This document shows, piece by piece, positions 13,001-24,459 of a stretch of DNA of 64,000 bases; the first letter of the stretch is position 1, and every line of letters begins with the position of its first letter. Under the pieces are notes generated by a model. The model was not told where the DNA came from. It saw only the letters and a list, made by a program, of their open reading frames with translations, and made no database searches. Made by a program: the position numbers and the translations under genes. Location: contig OZ038378.1 of NCBI GenBank assembly GCA_964036045.1, positions 155,248,001 to 155,312,000 on the forward strand. The letters run 5' to 3'. Origin of the DNA: Eutreptiella sp. 'Long Island Sound 2002' (taxonomy: Eukaryota > Protista > Euglenida).

Positions 13001-13398
13001 CGCCTTGAGAAACCGGACAACCACCTCCTCGACACCGCTACGCTCTATCCATCGGTGCCGGCTTCCACTAGGCGGTCGGGAAACCCACCACAAACAGCTT
13101 TGCCCATAATGTACTCATCATGGTGCACGGTGCAGAGCGTCGCCCGGATCGCAATTCCTCGTACTACATGTGCAACATCAAGATGACACCTCACACGCCA
13201 ACCTAGTTCGTTTTTTTATTGTATTTAGTGATCGCCAACCCGTTTCCTTGCCCTGCAACCACCTTATTCTTGGTGAACATGGTCTTCAGCGCTTGAGTTC
13301 CCAACCCTTTGGATTGATTTCCGCGCAAGGTTTCTAGCTCGGCGGACAACGTCTTCACTTTGTTCTTCAACGCATGGTTGGTGTTCGTGAGCTCAACC
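731..13398 (-). CDS. Multi-exon coiled-coil repeat protein of unknown function (partial; start and stop not identified)
   Basis: 13 AG/GT-bounded exons join in one frame (~651 codons): 13263-13398, 11760-11858, 10771-10860, 8848-8913, 8578-8631, 8087-8371, 5732-5860, 5469-5597, 3451-3582, 2748-3050, 2059-2157, 1283-1420, 731-1024. The product is E/K/Q/L-rich heptad sequence with repeated modules VKEKAKxAVxKLREDLDAS and EVExLQxxIxxLEEE. Confidence 0.8.
1283..1420 (-). CDS. Coiled-coil gene exon (VKDKAKGAVIKLKEDLDASQ...NVQEQ)
   Basis: ttttctcAG acceptor, CAG|GTATTT donor, 46 codons, module A. Confidence 0.85.
2059..2157 (-). CDS. Coiled-coil gene exon (ESTEQLAAERDALRDSVRQLTEQVQASDERLQQ)
   Basis: gctcAG acceptor, CAG|GTATTC donor, 33 codons. 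Confidence 0.8.
2748..3050 (-). CDS. Coiled-coil gene exon (ENAAQAQMEVDRLTAAMEEMKTESE...LQPVE)
   Basis: gggcAG acceptor, GAG|GTGTGT donor, 101 codons; near-identical to exon 731-1024. Confidence 0.85.
3451..3582 (-). CDS. Coiled-coil gene exon (VREKARAVMTKLREDLDASLQK...SADAQ)
   Basis: ttttcAG acceptor, CAG|GTTTCG donor (an alternative in-frame donor lies 15 nt further), module A. Confidence 0.8.
5469..5597 (-). CDS. Coiled-coil gene exon (MEAAKEHPSSQNDEVEKRWREEVEGLQTKIAQLEEESQQRLNQ)
   Basis: cccAG acceptor, CAG|GTCAAG donor, 43 codons, module B. Confidence 0.85.
5732..5860 (-). CDS. Coiled-coil gene exon (VKEKAKAAVVKLREDLDASLKK...)
   Basis: catcAG acceptor, CAG|GTGCAT donor, 43 codons, module A. 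Confidence 0.85.
6254..6556. repeat. ~50-bp degenerate minisatellite family GGCTACAT(A)ACCCCTGCCGTCTCGGGG (related at ~35915-36010, ~36785-36825, ~58270-58400)
   Basis: aaaaggctacat recurs about every 40-55 nt followed by acccctgc..tctc.gg.tccc. Confidence 0.8.
8087..8371 (-). CDS. Coiled-coil gene exon (VKEKAKVAVLKLREELDAALQ...LEEESQQRLLQ)
   Basis: ttgtAG acceptor, CAG|GTCAAG donor, 95 codons, contains modules A and B. Confidence 0.85.
8578..8631 (-). CDS. Coiled-coil gene exon (EVCELRQQLQESQQRTNQ)
   Basis: atcAG acceptor, CAG|GTTCCC donor; ends in the SQQRxxQ motif seen before the VKEKAK exons. Confidence 0.7.
8848..8913 (-). CDS. Coiled-coil gene exon (LQQELENCRGPKPPSEDDSGSQ)
   Basis: ttttacAG acceptor, CAG|GTCCTG donor, 22 codons. 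Confidence 0.6.
9181..9264. repeat. 12-bp tandem repeat, 7 copies
   Basis: c(t/c)aataggccc(c/g) units. Confidence 0.85.
10771..10860 (-). CDS. Coiled-coil gene exon (ELHASNRELTLGNYSLKELIAKTTKSDQDK)
   Basis: ttctatttctcAG acceptor, AAG|GTGAAG donor, 30 codons, phase 0/0. Confidence 0.65.
11760..11858 (-). CDS. Coiled-coil gene exon (QEDVEQLKASVESLTAENAELKTEVSSLHETMK)
   Basis: ctctctatgcAG acceptor, AAG|GTGCAT donor, 33 codons. Confidence 0.8.
13263..13398 (-). CDS. Coiled-coil gene exon (VELTNTNHALKNKVKTLSAELETLRG...FTKNK)
   Basis: tgtAG acceptor, AAG|GTGGTT donor; starts in phase 2, ends in phase 0. Confidence 0.7.
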
Positions 13399-15216
13399 CT
13401 ACATCAAATGATAGCGCAATGCGGTCCATTTGAACCCATGCGCGCGCACAAATGATAATGGAGAGCAGCGGGGGCGTGCAAAAACCAAGTTAGTTCATAA
13501 ATGCATTCAATCCAGGTAATTAAACCCCAATCTCCACGTCCTTGAAAAAACATGTCGTCACGGTCATCCATTTAACATACTTTTCATTTGTTAGGGTAAG
13601 TAAATGTTGATTGATCGCTTCGGGGTTAGCCATGATACAAGTGCCGCATAATATGCGCCATGCTAGGGTGAAGACGGAATCAATGATAGACTAGATTATA
13701 GGAGAGGAACACGAGATTCGGACAAGGATTGGAAACCCGCGCTAAACCAAAACTAGAAATAAAGAAGAGCGCTTCAACAAGAATTTTTTTTTCCACCGTT
13801 GAACCATCCTTAATAATCCACAGCCACCAACTTCGCTTTTTCGAAAGACGGATCCTTCTCTGTCATGACCACCAACGTTGGTTGGCATGGCGTGGAAACA
13901 TGAGACCTATGGCAAATTGGTTCTATCCAGGTTGCATATGTGCGACAAAGCAAACCCGCGCAACAAGGGCCATGTGGACTTGTAGCATGCGAAAGCAAGA
14001 CTGTTTTGTGGGATCCGGTGCAAACATTGCAAGTCATTCATCGGAGTGGTTTCGATGTGCAAACGGCCTTTCATGCGTACTTTGATACTCTCCGTGTCAA
14101 TGCCAAATGCAACGAAGGAGCAACACAATATATGATCAGATTGCGGATGTCATGCACACTTGGCTCGGTTTGGATGGTCGTACACATACACGTTGCATAG
14201 GCTGTTCTGAAAGATGGGGGCAATGCGCAGCAGTCGAGCAACAAAACACTCCTCTACAATGGTACACCCACAAAGGCAAAAAAGCCGCGTTCGGCTTCTA
14301 GCTAGCGGAAAGTGTGTTCCACTTAGGTTCTTTGCTATATGTGACGAGGGATGTCATTGTGCAAGCAAATACCATGGAGAAGTGCTCAAGAGAAGAGATA
14401 GTCGTCTTGGTGCGCTAGAAGAATTGGGTGGCGTGTCTCAACCTATTCTGCGCGCTTGTGGATTTACGACGTGCGTACAAGCATCTATCGAAATGGCAAT
14501 GATTGCAAGGTGCGTTTTCCTTGCCTTGACCTATGTGTTGTGATGAAAACCGGAAAAAAGCTGCCGCAACAGTCTTTTGCGTCCGGGGGCCAACTTTGCG
14601 CCATCTTGGCCTCCATTGCAACTGCTATTGAGCGAATCCGTGCACTTGGCAACGCTTTATCCTTTGGAGGAAGTCGTTGAACCAAGGATTCATGGTCCAT
14701 GGGCCTGGCAGCGGTCTATGTGGACTTCCTCGATGGTCCGAGATGGATGTCGCCGCTCAAAGGAAAGGTTGTGTTCTGTTTAACATGGATTGTCAAATAT
14801 CCCGTAGCTCTCACTTTCCCTTCGTCCCTTGAAATGTTCCGGAGGGGGAAAAAATGGTGAACCACCCAATGGGGTTAGTGAGGTTAGCTCGTGGTCAGAG
14901 TTGTGTTCAATTTACAACGACCAACATAAGTGCCATCTGTGTTACAAGAGATGGTACGAAACATCATCACCTCCAAAAGAGATTGCAAAAAAAGAGTTCC
15001 TGGCCTTAGGCCTGACGTTTAATTCGGCATTCTCAATTGCAGCATCTTTTGTTCGGGGGGGCTCTCATTCCCATCTCATGAGAACCAAAAAAGCGAAAGC
15101 GGGAGGCATTGATTCGCGTGAGGCGGAAGTTGTCACGGCGGCCGACGGGAGCCGGGCTTAATACCTTGCCTTTCGTCGGTGTTGTGGTGTAAGATAGCGA
15201 AGAGTTAGCTCATAGG

Positions 15217-15238
15217 TTCTTGTCTGCTTCACCCGCAG
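15217..15238 (+). promoter_or_regulatory. Pyrimidine-rich 3' splice acceptor 9 nt upstream of the dPGM ATG (5'-UTR intron or spliced-leader acceptor)
   Basis: ttcttgtctgcttcacccgcAG|ctcgtacaaATG. Confidence 0.5.
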
Positions 15239-15247
15239 CTCGTACAA

Positions 15248-16024
15248 ATGCCTGCTACGCTTGTTCTGGTCCGCCACGGTGAGTCCACATGGAACCAAGA
15301 AAACAAGTTCACCGGTTGGGTTGACGTTGACCTCAGCGACAAGGGCCGAAAGGAGGCTGACGCTGGCGGCAAAGCCTTGAAGGACGCTGGTCTGGAATTC
15401 GACATTGCGTACAGCTCAGTCTTGAAGCGTGCGATCCATACGCTTTGGGCTTGCCTGAAGGGCATCGACCAGGCCTGGATTCCCCACATCTCCAGCTGGA
15501 GACTGAACGAGCGTATGTACGGAGGTCTGGCAGGGTTGGACAAGAAGGAGACCGTCGCGAAGCACGGCACCGAGCAGGTGTTGATTTGGCGACGCAGCTT
15601 CGACATTCCTCCGCCTGTTCTGGACAAGTCGAGCCAGTACCACCCTATCCACGAGGCAAAGTACAAGGATTTGGACCCCAAGGATATTCCTGATACTGAG
15701 TCCTTGAAGGACACTATTGCCCGTGTTCTTCCCCTTTGGGAGGGCGAAATCGCTCCTGCTCTGAAAGCTGGGAAGCGGATTATCATCGGCGCGCACGGAA
15801 ACAGTATTCGTGCAATCTGCAAGCACTTGGACAACATCCCTGAGGACGTCATCCCGTCCTTGGAAATTCCAACTGCCATTCCTCTGTACTACCAGTTGGA
15901 CCAAGAAACGTTGAAGCCTATCCCTTGGCCTGATGCGGTCGGGTGTTTGTCTGCCAAGTTCATTGGCGATCCTGAAGTCGTGAAGGCCGCACAGGAGAAG
16001 GTGAAGAACCAGACCAAGGCCTAA
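15248..16024 (+). CDS. gpmA: 2,3-bisphosphoglycerate-dependent phosphoglycerate mutase (dPGM), intronless, 258 aa
   Basis: Histidine-phosphatase motifs LVLVRHGESTWN, SSVLKRA, RLNERMYGGL, RRSFDIPPP, ESLKDTIARV, AHGNSIRA and IPTAIPLYY, in a single uninterrupted ORF. Confidence 0.97.
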   Translation: MPATLVLVRHGESTWNQENKFTGWVDVDLSDKGRKEADAGGKALKDAGLEFDIAYSSVLKRAIHTLWACLKGIDQAWIPHISSWRLNERMYGGLAGLDKKETVAKHGTEQVLIWRRSFDIPPPVLDKSSQYHPIHEAKYKDLDPKDIPDTESLKDTIARVLPLWEGEIAPALKAGKRIIIGAHGNSIRAICKHLDNIPEDVIPSLEIPTAIPLYYQLDQETLKPIPWPDAVGCLSAKFIGDPEVVKAAQEKVKNQTKA

Positions 16025-19000
16025 TATGGAAGTGCAAGATAGGTGTAAAATATGCATGTTTGACGCTGTGGGTGACAGGAAATTGTTGTCCTGGTAATAA
16101 CGACGACGGGTTGTCATGAATGCGGATTTGATTCCACGTCGCGTTTTAGAGGGAAGCCGAACTCGCCTTTCTGCAACACCTCAGTTTTGAGAGGGTTTGG
16201 TTCACCACGTGTGCCCACCACAAGCAGTATTATGGGTATAGCAAGCTCGAAGGTTTTTCCAAAAAGTTGCTCAACATTTCTTCAACAACGTGGGAGCAGT
16301 ATGCACAAGGTACATCCGTAAGTGTGTGGCCGTTGGTGGCGTTGAACATGGGATTGAACGAAAACAAGTGAACACCAGCAGCTTTTGGAAAAGGAAACAT
16401 GAGGCGAATTTTGGTGGGCAAGTTGGCCGAAAGCATGGACTTTGGGAAGGGCCTTGGGCGTTGGGAAGGGAATGATGTTTTGGGACTGTCTTCCACAAGA
16501 AGAAACTGTCACCAGAGTGCAAAATATGCACAATTTACAAGCCTTTGTTCACATGAAGACTAAGGCCCTCGATAATCAAAAGGTCTAGAAGGTCCAACAG
16601 TGCTTAGTTAATCTCTTTCAGCTAGCTGCCAACATTTTTGGCTGGATGTTCGCCCCGCCAACCCTCTCTGTGTGAAAGCCTCATGCTTTGCCAAACGTTT
16701 TGAAAGCTGCAAAAAGTGCACAAACAACTTCTGCAGACCTGGTGTTTGCTGTGCGTTGAATGAGCCCTGCTACCCTGGGAGGTTCAGCATAGCCTGACTG
16801 TAGGGTCACCATGGCTATTTGAGGTGAAAGTGGCTGCAAACCGCCAAAGCCACCTGTAGTACCTTCATGGTCCTTGAGAGCTTGCTCCCTGATGGGCCTA
16901 GACTTCCACTTTCTGTCAAATGCGGTTTGGCAGGGGATCAAGCCTCTACCAGGTGTATTTTCCTTGTTTCAATTGTGGGGGTTGGGACAAATCATCGGTG
17001 TGATGCTGATGTCAAAAAAAACCCGAAGGCAATTGCAGTCAAAAGCATTGGTTCAACTACGATGGGACAATATCTTTCACTGCATTGCGGATGAATCCCA
17101 TGGTTTTCACAGGGGCCAATTTTTGGGTTGTGGTACAGAAACTTGTTGGAGGTGACCAAGAAATCTTACCATGGAACATGTCCTTTGCACAAGTGACAAG
17201 GAGCACACCAGGAAACCAGGGGGCGGCCATACCTACAACCATGACCGCTTAGGCCCAATTGGCGGAGTGCATTTGATGTGTCCTCAGTATATGGTGAGTG
17301 TGCCAAGCAGTGCCACCAGTCAGTCAATGAGTTGTCTGAGTATTCAAAGCCCATATTTTGACAACAACGGTTGGTATTGGAAAATGTGCAAGGGCAATTG
17401 TCGATAGGATAGTAAAAGGATTGCAATGTGGCAAGAAGATCTGCAATTTTTTGTAGAAAGTTTGCCTCAGCTTTGCGACCTACAACATGGCACTCATCAA
17501 GGAGCCCAATGCATTGCCACCTATGAAGTGTTCTCCGAAGTAGGTATCATCCAACCCCATTTGTATCCATACTTTTGGCATTCATAAATGATGCATTTCC
17601 GTGTTGCATCAAACAATTTGAATGTATGAGGCTTTGGTCATGATCAATTTTACTGCTTTTCACCATCTACGTTAAGCTTGATTCAGATTTATGTTGCTGT
17701 GTTGGTTGGACCACACCACGGTAATAGAGGTATAACATTGGTCCCCCGAGTGTTGAGTCTAGCAGGGGAGTGTAATCGGACTGGGCAGGGTTTTAAATTA
17801 CTTTAACTTGACAGCCCATAACATTGATTTTGACCTGAAGTGGGAATTCGGGTTTAGTAATGGGCGCCGACAAGAGCGCATGCACAGTAAGATAGACGCG
17901 CGCACAGAGCAATAATTAAATGTTGAGATTTAAAGCAATACTTGGGATTTGGGTAATGGGAATCTCGATTTTAGATTAGTATAAAGCTGACGGCATAGTC
18001 AGTGGCTGCTACGTAGAGTTCTACAACAACCTCGACGGTGCAGAGATATTGAAGTAAAGATTCTAAGGTTCATTGTTGCTTTGCTGCATGTCTGTTGCTC
18101 GAAATACTAAGTACCAAAATATTTATAATACATATACAAGCGCTCATGAACTCTCTAAAGCATGAGGGTGACACGTGTGGGCATCGTGCCCGTGTTTTGA
18201 ATTGTGCCTAGTGTTTTTCGGTCATCTACCCTTGGGCAATCGTGGCCGTGTTTATTTGGTGGCCTAAGCGCGACACAAGGCAGTTATACAGCACAAGACA
18301 ATGGCAAGGCACAAGTCATCTTTTAAATTGTCTCACTATTCAAGTTCAAGGAAAAAAGTGCTGTGGTGGTTGTAAGGCCTGTTGTCACGGTTGCCCCGCG
18401 TTGCATTGCAGGACAGGACCGGTAGCCACTCGTGACAACAGTCCCATGGCCGAAGGCCATTGAGGTCCAGTTCATTTCATCGTCCCTGTGTCCCTGACCT
18501 CTATCCCCACGCTCCTGCATCATCTCTGTTGCAAGCACACTTCTATGTTACGTGCTCACTCATTTGCGGTTGTCTTTAACAGCTTTTCCAGTTGTCAAAA
18601 TTTTGGCACTTTCGCGTTGCACCGCTTTTTAGGTACCATCACTTTTGTAATTGTTTAAAAGTGTGATTTCACTTTGCCTTTAGTGGTAATTCTGAAAAAA
18701 AAACTACCAATTTTACCCGCTGGCGCCCACAATGCCATCTGCGACACGCGGGGACCGGACTCTGCGCGCAACAGCTCGCAATTCCGCCAACTACTTATTG
18801 CGGGTCTGCGGAATCCCGCTAATGATTTCCAGCGTTTTGGCGGTGGTTCGATTCCCACCGATGAGTGTTACTTCAGCGGCTGCGCGGCCAACGCGCAGAT
18901 CGCCAATATGGGTTCGATTCCCTCTAAGACAGATTGTGGAACATGCCTGCAGCTGATGCACTTTGCAGTTTTGTGACTGCTACATTCTTCTTGGGCATGT

Positions 19001-22000
19001 ATTTCTTGCCCCTGGCAGTCATTTTAATTGGGGGAGGTGAAGTAGGTCACAACCCTACCCTAGCATATTGCCCCTCAAGGGATCATTATATGACCCTATA
19101 TATGGGACTATTGTATATTTCATTCCATTCCTCTGTTAAGAATATAGGATGTGAGATAGATAAGGCAATCTTGGATCCTTTGTACTTATAAGAATTATTG
19201 GATGCTAGGCTGGATTTCTCATATGTGCATATCAGATATTTCAAGGGCTATTTGCACCCTATCTGTTTGCAGGGTACCATCAGTCTTCATCCATTGCCAT
19301 GTCTTCTTTGCCAAGCTCTGTTGCTGCCCAGACGACTGCGACCTCTGCTTTGGACCCCTTGGTCCGGTTTCAAGGCATAGGTACCATTGTTTTTGACTGT
19401 AGAGGCCCCGAAGGAGCTTCCTTGACCCAAACTTGTGTTAGACAATCGGATTTAGGTACAACCAAGCATACCCCAATGGTAAGCCACCCCTTAGCATCGC
19501 TAAATCCTACAATAAACATTACGTTTTCATGTGGAAAGTGTGAAAAACTTATGGTGGTACAACAACTAATCCCTCGTACAAAAACTAGCTCCTTTACCTT
19601 AGTTCATCAAAAATATCAACATTTGAGCGAAAGACAATGCAAAGGCTTATTGCGTTTTTTCAAGCCTTGGCTAAGGGTAGACCATTGGTAAAAATGAGAT
19701 CTTTTTTCTTTTTGTAACTTCACAACTATAAGTGCAGGTCTTCACCCAAGCTCGTATGCTTATGGCTAAAAACATTCGCAGGTTAGCAAAGGAGCATATT
19801 TGTATCACATTTACTCCGAGAAGTGAAATCTCGCACCAAACCTCTCAGCTCCGTTCTTCTCATAATTAGCCAATGGTTCCAAGACAACCCCATCCCCAAC
19901 CTCGATTCACTCGTTCCTACCTCCGACAGGACCCCATGGGACATCCCTCTCTCGGAATTCAGCACATCTTCTGATGCGTGGGGCACGGGGTCTAGTCCTT
20001 GGTGATTGACGCTGCTGTTGATTTTTTTGTCAAAGTCTTTGAAATTTTTCGAAATCACACCCATTTTGATTTGATTGACCAAAACCTTGCAATTTTCGTC
20101 AAACTTCAAGAGCCTTGATCTTCAATCCTCCATCCCATTGGCCCCTTGAACGAACGCTTGAACGACACAAGACCTCACAGTCGTTGACATGCTCGTTCTT
20201 CGTTGTACCCCATCATGGTACAAATGTTCGTAGGAACCTTGCTCGGGTTCCTGTGATGTGGTCTGAGTAGTCTACATTGTCTACCGACAAAATAAATACA
20301 TACACAAGTGGCAACCCATGCGTGAAACACACACCATGCACCGCTAATCTTGACCAACACCGTAACCCGATTTTCACAGAGTAAAAGCCCACAGGCCAAT
20401 GTCGCCTGCGTCTTTTGGTCTGGCGCTCGCGACGGCGCTCAGGGCTAGAAGCTGGTCCTCAACCTTGCAAAATAGAGGTATCCTAGAGCAAAATTGCTCT
20501 TGAGTTCACCTGAACACAACATTGCTGGGCGGAGTAGGCGAGAAACCCTCAAATCCGCGTCACTTCTACCCAAACAGTCAAACTTCCCAACCTCTTTTTC
20601 TCCAACAAACCCCCCACCAACAAAAAACCCTTTTCCCACCGACACACACTCCCAAAGCCCAAACCCCCAAAACACAATCTCATCCATCTCACCTACACCA
20701 CCTCAACCACACACCAATTCAGGAACACATTCAACATCATCCCCCCACCCCACACCCCCACCACCAAGCACCAATCTCCTGCCTTCAATCCCTGATCACT
20801 TGAAATTTATCCTTGTCCTCCACTATTTTGCACTTCCCTCCAAGCCAGCCCATCCAACCCTTAACTGACACTCATGCCTCGTCCCATGACGCCCTCGACA
20901 CCAACCTGCACTCACCAGACACCGGTTACCTTACCCTAAACACCTGTCACCTTCCACTGGCACCTGACTCCAGTCTTCAGTCACCCGTCGTCTCCACAAA
21001 ACAATAACCACCAGTCCTCACACCCCTTCGTCTACCCAACTGTCATTAGTTGAACGAATTTGGACACCAACCACCACGCACCATACCACATCCGCTGGAC
21101 TGCAGACGCCAGCCTCCATTCGCGTGACGCCTGCCTTCACTCCACCTCATAACTCAAGACACTACGCACGCCTGTCCCTCACCCCCAAAAAACCGCCGGC
21201 ACTCACACACCATCGTTCACCCTCCTCATCCCACCAGGCTTGGCCAAGTATTGATTGGCAGTTGTGATAATTGATTCAGAATTGGCCACAATATTTAAGT
21301 AGAATTTCAGAGCATCTAGGTCTTGGGGTGAGAGGCACCCAGGCTTAAACTTGGTGTAAATTTCACTGTATTTCAATATGTCCTACACAAATGATATTAC
21401 CTCTGCTCACTTGAGTGATAGGGGTGAAGCTAATGTAGAGCCTTCTGGATTGTTTGCATGATCACAATCATTTAGGTTTTAGTTTACCATAACTCTAGAT
21501 TTGTAAAAGAAATGTGCTCAAAGATCCAAGTCCAACAAAGTACAACGGATAGGGCTTTAGCCTGTTCTAACAACCCCAAGAAAGACATGATAGCCCCTTT
21601 TTCTCACTTGATGTACCTATGTGTTCATCAAGTTGATACACACATAGCTTCACAAACCGCATCACCTAGACATACACATGTCATGTACATAACCCAATGT
21701 TCAATACTCACATAGCTTGTGTAGTTTGTACACCAGCCATACAAACATGCTTCAACTTCATATTGTGCACAGACGTATGTATTTTGCTACTTGTCGGGAA
21801 AATGTACGGTTGCATGTATTGTTGTGTCTCTCTCCCTTCAATCTGTTGGGCTTCACACCCCTAGGCTCAGAAAGCAAGCTACACAAATAACATTCGTGCC
21901 TGGCTTCATCTTGTCCTAGTGACATGAGTGGTTGAAGTGCTAGCGTCGTTGGCCAATGGCTTGGAATGAATGGATGTGCCATAGGTCCCAAATTTGATTT

Positions 22001-24318
22001 GTACGTATGCACCTAATTTGTAATGAAAATTTTTTCCGTGTGCATGTGCACGTAGAACAAGCAAGATGAGAGCATAGATTGAAAACCCCGGGTTTTACTT
22101 TAATCTTTGAGAATCTTCTACTTACCATTCATGTTTTACACTGCACTCAATGATGCAAATGCTATGAATTATTGTGTTTTCCAATCCATTAAAAATTGAA
22201 TTGCTCCAAAAAAAAACACATTCTTTCAATGTTACTTCAATGTATCATACACAAAAAAATGCAACCAAACAAAAAAAAACAAAAAATCAGTTGACATTTT
22301 GGGTTTACCTGTTCCTCAATGAATATGCTGTCTACTATGTGACCATTGGGAGAACATACACTGTTGGGAGATGAGCAGCAACACCACCTGCACAAGTCGA
22401 GTGATCACAAACCTTTTGTTTTGCACGCCAACAAGTAGTGCGAAAAATTTGATACTAATGAGGATCCAAAAGACCCATCTTCAATGCCAAAGTCAAATCA
22501 GCTAGCTGATGAGCTGCATTGATGCTTATGTGCGCACGCACCATCAACTTACCCATCATCCCTTTTGATCCGGGAGCCCCCGCCCGGATAGCTGGGAGGC
22601 ACAAAGCAAAAAAAAATAATAATCCCTTCTGCTTCTCGCATGGTGTAGACTTCTGGGGTGATAAATGAAACCCAGTGAATCTTCTCACCAGAAACCCCCA
22701 ATGTGCAGCAACTGACAACACTGCCAGGTACCTGCTAAACTGGGCCCAAAATTGATCACAAATTCTCAATGTAACAAACAATACCCACCTCTCGTTGTCT
22801 TGCACATTGACACCACTGTTCAGGCACAACCTGCAAATCATTATTGGTTGGGTGAAACTCAAATAACCCCAAACAATGCTGTGCACCTGCGAAATCTGAG
22901 GTTGCTGATATTCAACCATCTGCATGGATGCTGAGATCTGGATGCTGAGACTCAGATGCATTGGCATCATGCAGCAGGATGTATGGGAGCTTTCGACACA
23001 TCATGTTATTCAACTGCAAATGAGCCGCTGCTAAATGGCAGGGTTAATGGTTGCATGATAAAAGGTGTGTCTAATGTGCCAACCAGTCACTCTCAGAGTC
23101 GGCCAAGGTGCAGATTGTGAAAACATTATCCGACTGTTTGTATTGCACATCTTGTTGGCCCTTGCCAACACTCCCCAAACAGCCCATAGCGGGGACCAAG
23201 TGCAGCTCTTATGCTGCCACAAAAGCAATGCATGTCGAACTGGATATACAGCAAACCTCACAGTAAGCCATGCCAAATGGAGGAGATGCATGTCATTGAA
23301 TTGTGGACCGAGACTGTGCCCTGCACTTGTGTCCTCGCTAATACTGAAAACCGAAAACCTGTCTGCACAGAAAATTGCAGAAAATGGTCCACTCTTCTAG
23401 ATAAATGTGGAGGCGCTCCCTTTGCAAGTAATTCCAATCTGGCATTGCATTGCGATCCATGCATGGGCGCGGCCGTGCATGTAACCCTGCATTCATTTCT
23501 GCAGCAACTCCATTTTCCATGGATGTTTCCTGCACATCCAAATACACAAACCTGAGCACATTCATACATCAATAAATTTGTATCCCAACACTTGCTTAAT
23601 GCCCAGGGCCAAAACTATCGTGAGCGCACCATTACCAATGCCTGACAAACCATGGGCCTGGAAATTCTGCACAGAAAAGAGAGTGAAATCTGTAGGTTAG
23701 CAAGCAGCCCCTTGGTCTTCTCAATGCTGTGCAGGAGAGTGTGTGTCTCGGTCATCGGAAGAAAGGTACGGTTTGGAGGAAATGGGTGAAAAAAGCCCTG
23801 CTTTTGTCCACTAACCTGAAACAATCCAAGGGAGCCAATTGAAAATGAACAATTATGTTGTTCCTGGCAACCTTCAGCATGCATACACATCTGTGGCATG
23901 GGGTTTTCTTCTTCTGAAAACTTTTTTTATTCAGAACCGGGTGACACAGGTTCGGCTTCAACAGGTTTCTCCCGACAGGCACATTCTCCTGGTGCTGTGG
24001 GACGGGGTCTGACAAAGACTGAACACCATGAACAAAAATCTCTGGGTTAGACATTGGGGTTCTCTTGGCAGTTCGATGCAGGCACCAGCTTCATTATGCC
24101 ACTTCAACCCGACACACTCCCAGACTGAATGGTGTGTGGATTTTCAAGAGACTGCAACTCAGAAATGGCAGATAAGCAGAGAAGACAAACCTGCAAGCAG
24201 CCTAAATGCAGGCAGGAACCCAACAAACACACACACATGACATCCATCCCTTACCGTCCGAATAATGAGTGCCGACCAAGGGACGAAGTGCCACACTTGC
24301 AGCCCAGTATGAATACAC

Positions 24319-24459
24319 TCAACCGTGCGTTTTTGCAACTTTGGATGGTGGCCCATCAAATGCCTCGGACTCAGATTTCTTCTTCAGCTTCTTCTTCTTC
24401 TTTGCACCGGAAGAGCCCTCCATGTTATCGTCTGCTGCGTCTGCTGCGTGTCCCAGTAC
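24319..24459 (-). CDS. NAT10: NAT10 terminal exon (VLGHAA...KKKKKLKKKSES...KTHG*)
   Basis: ctcttttAG acceptor, Lys-rich NLS-like tail, TGA at 24319-24321; phase-compatible with the previous exon. Confidence 0.75.
   Translation of the reverse strand, partial: VLGHAADAADDNMEGSSGAKKKKKLKKKSESEAFDGPPSKVAKTHG

Noticed and set aside
13828-13868. Candidate first exon of the coiled-coil gene (MTEKDPSFEKA)
   Set aside because: Phase-2 compatible, but the donor AA|GTTGGT deviates from the local consensus and there is no independent support
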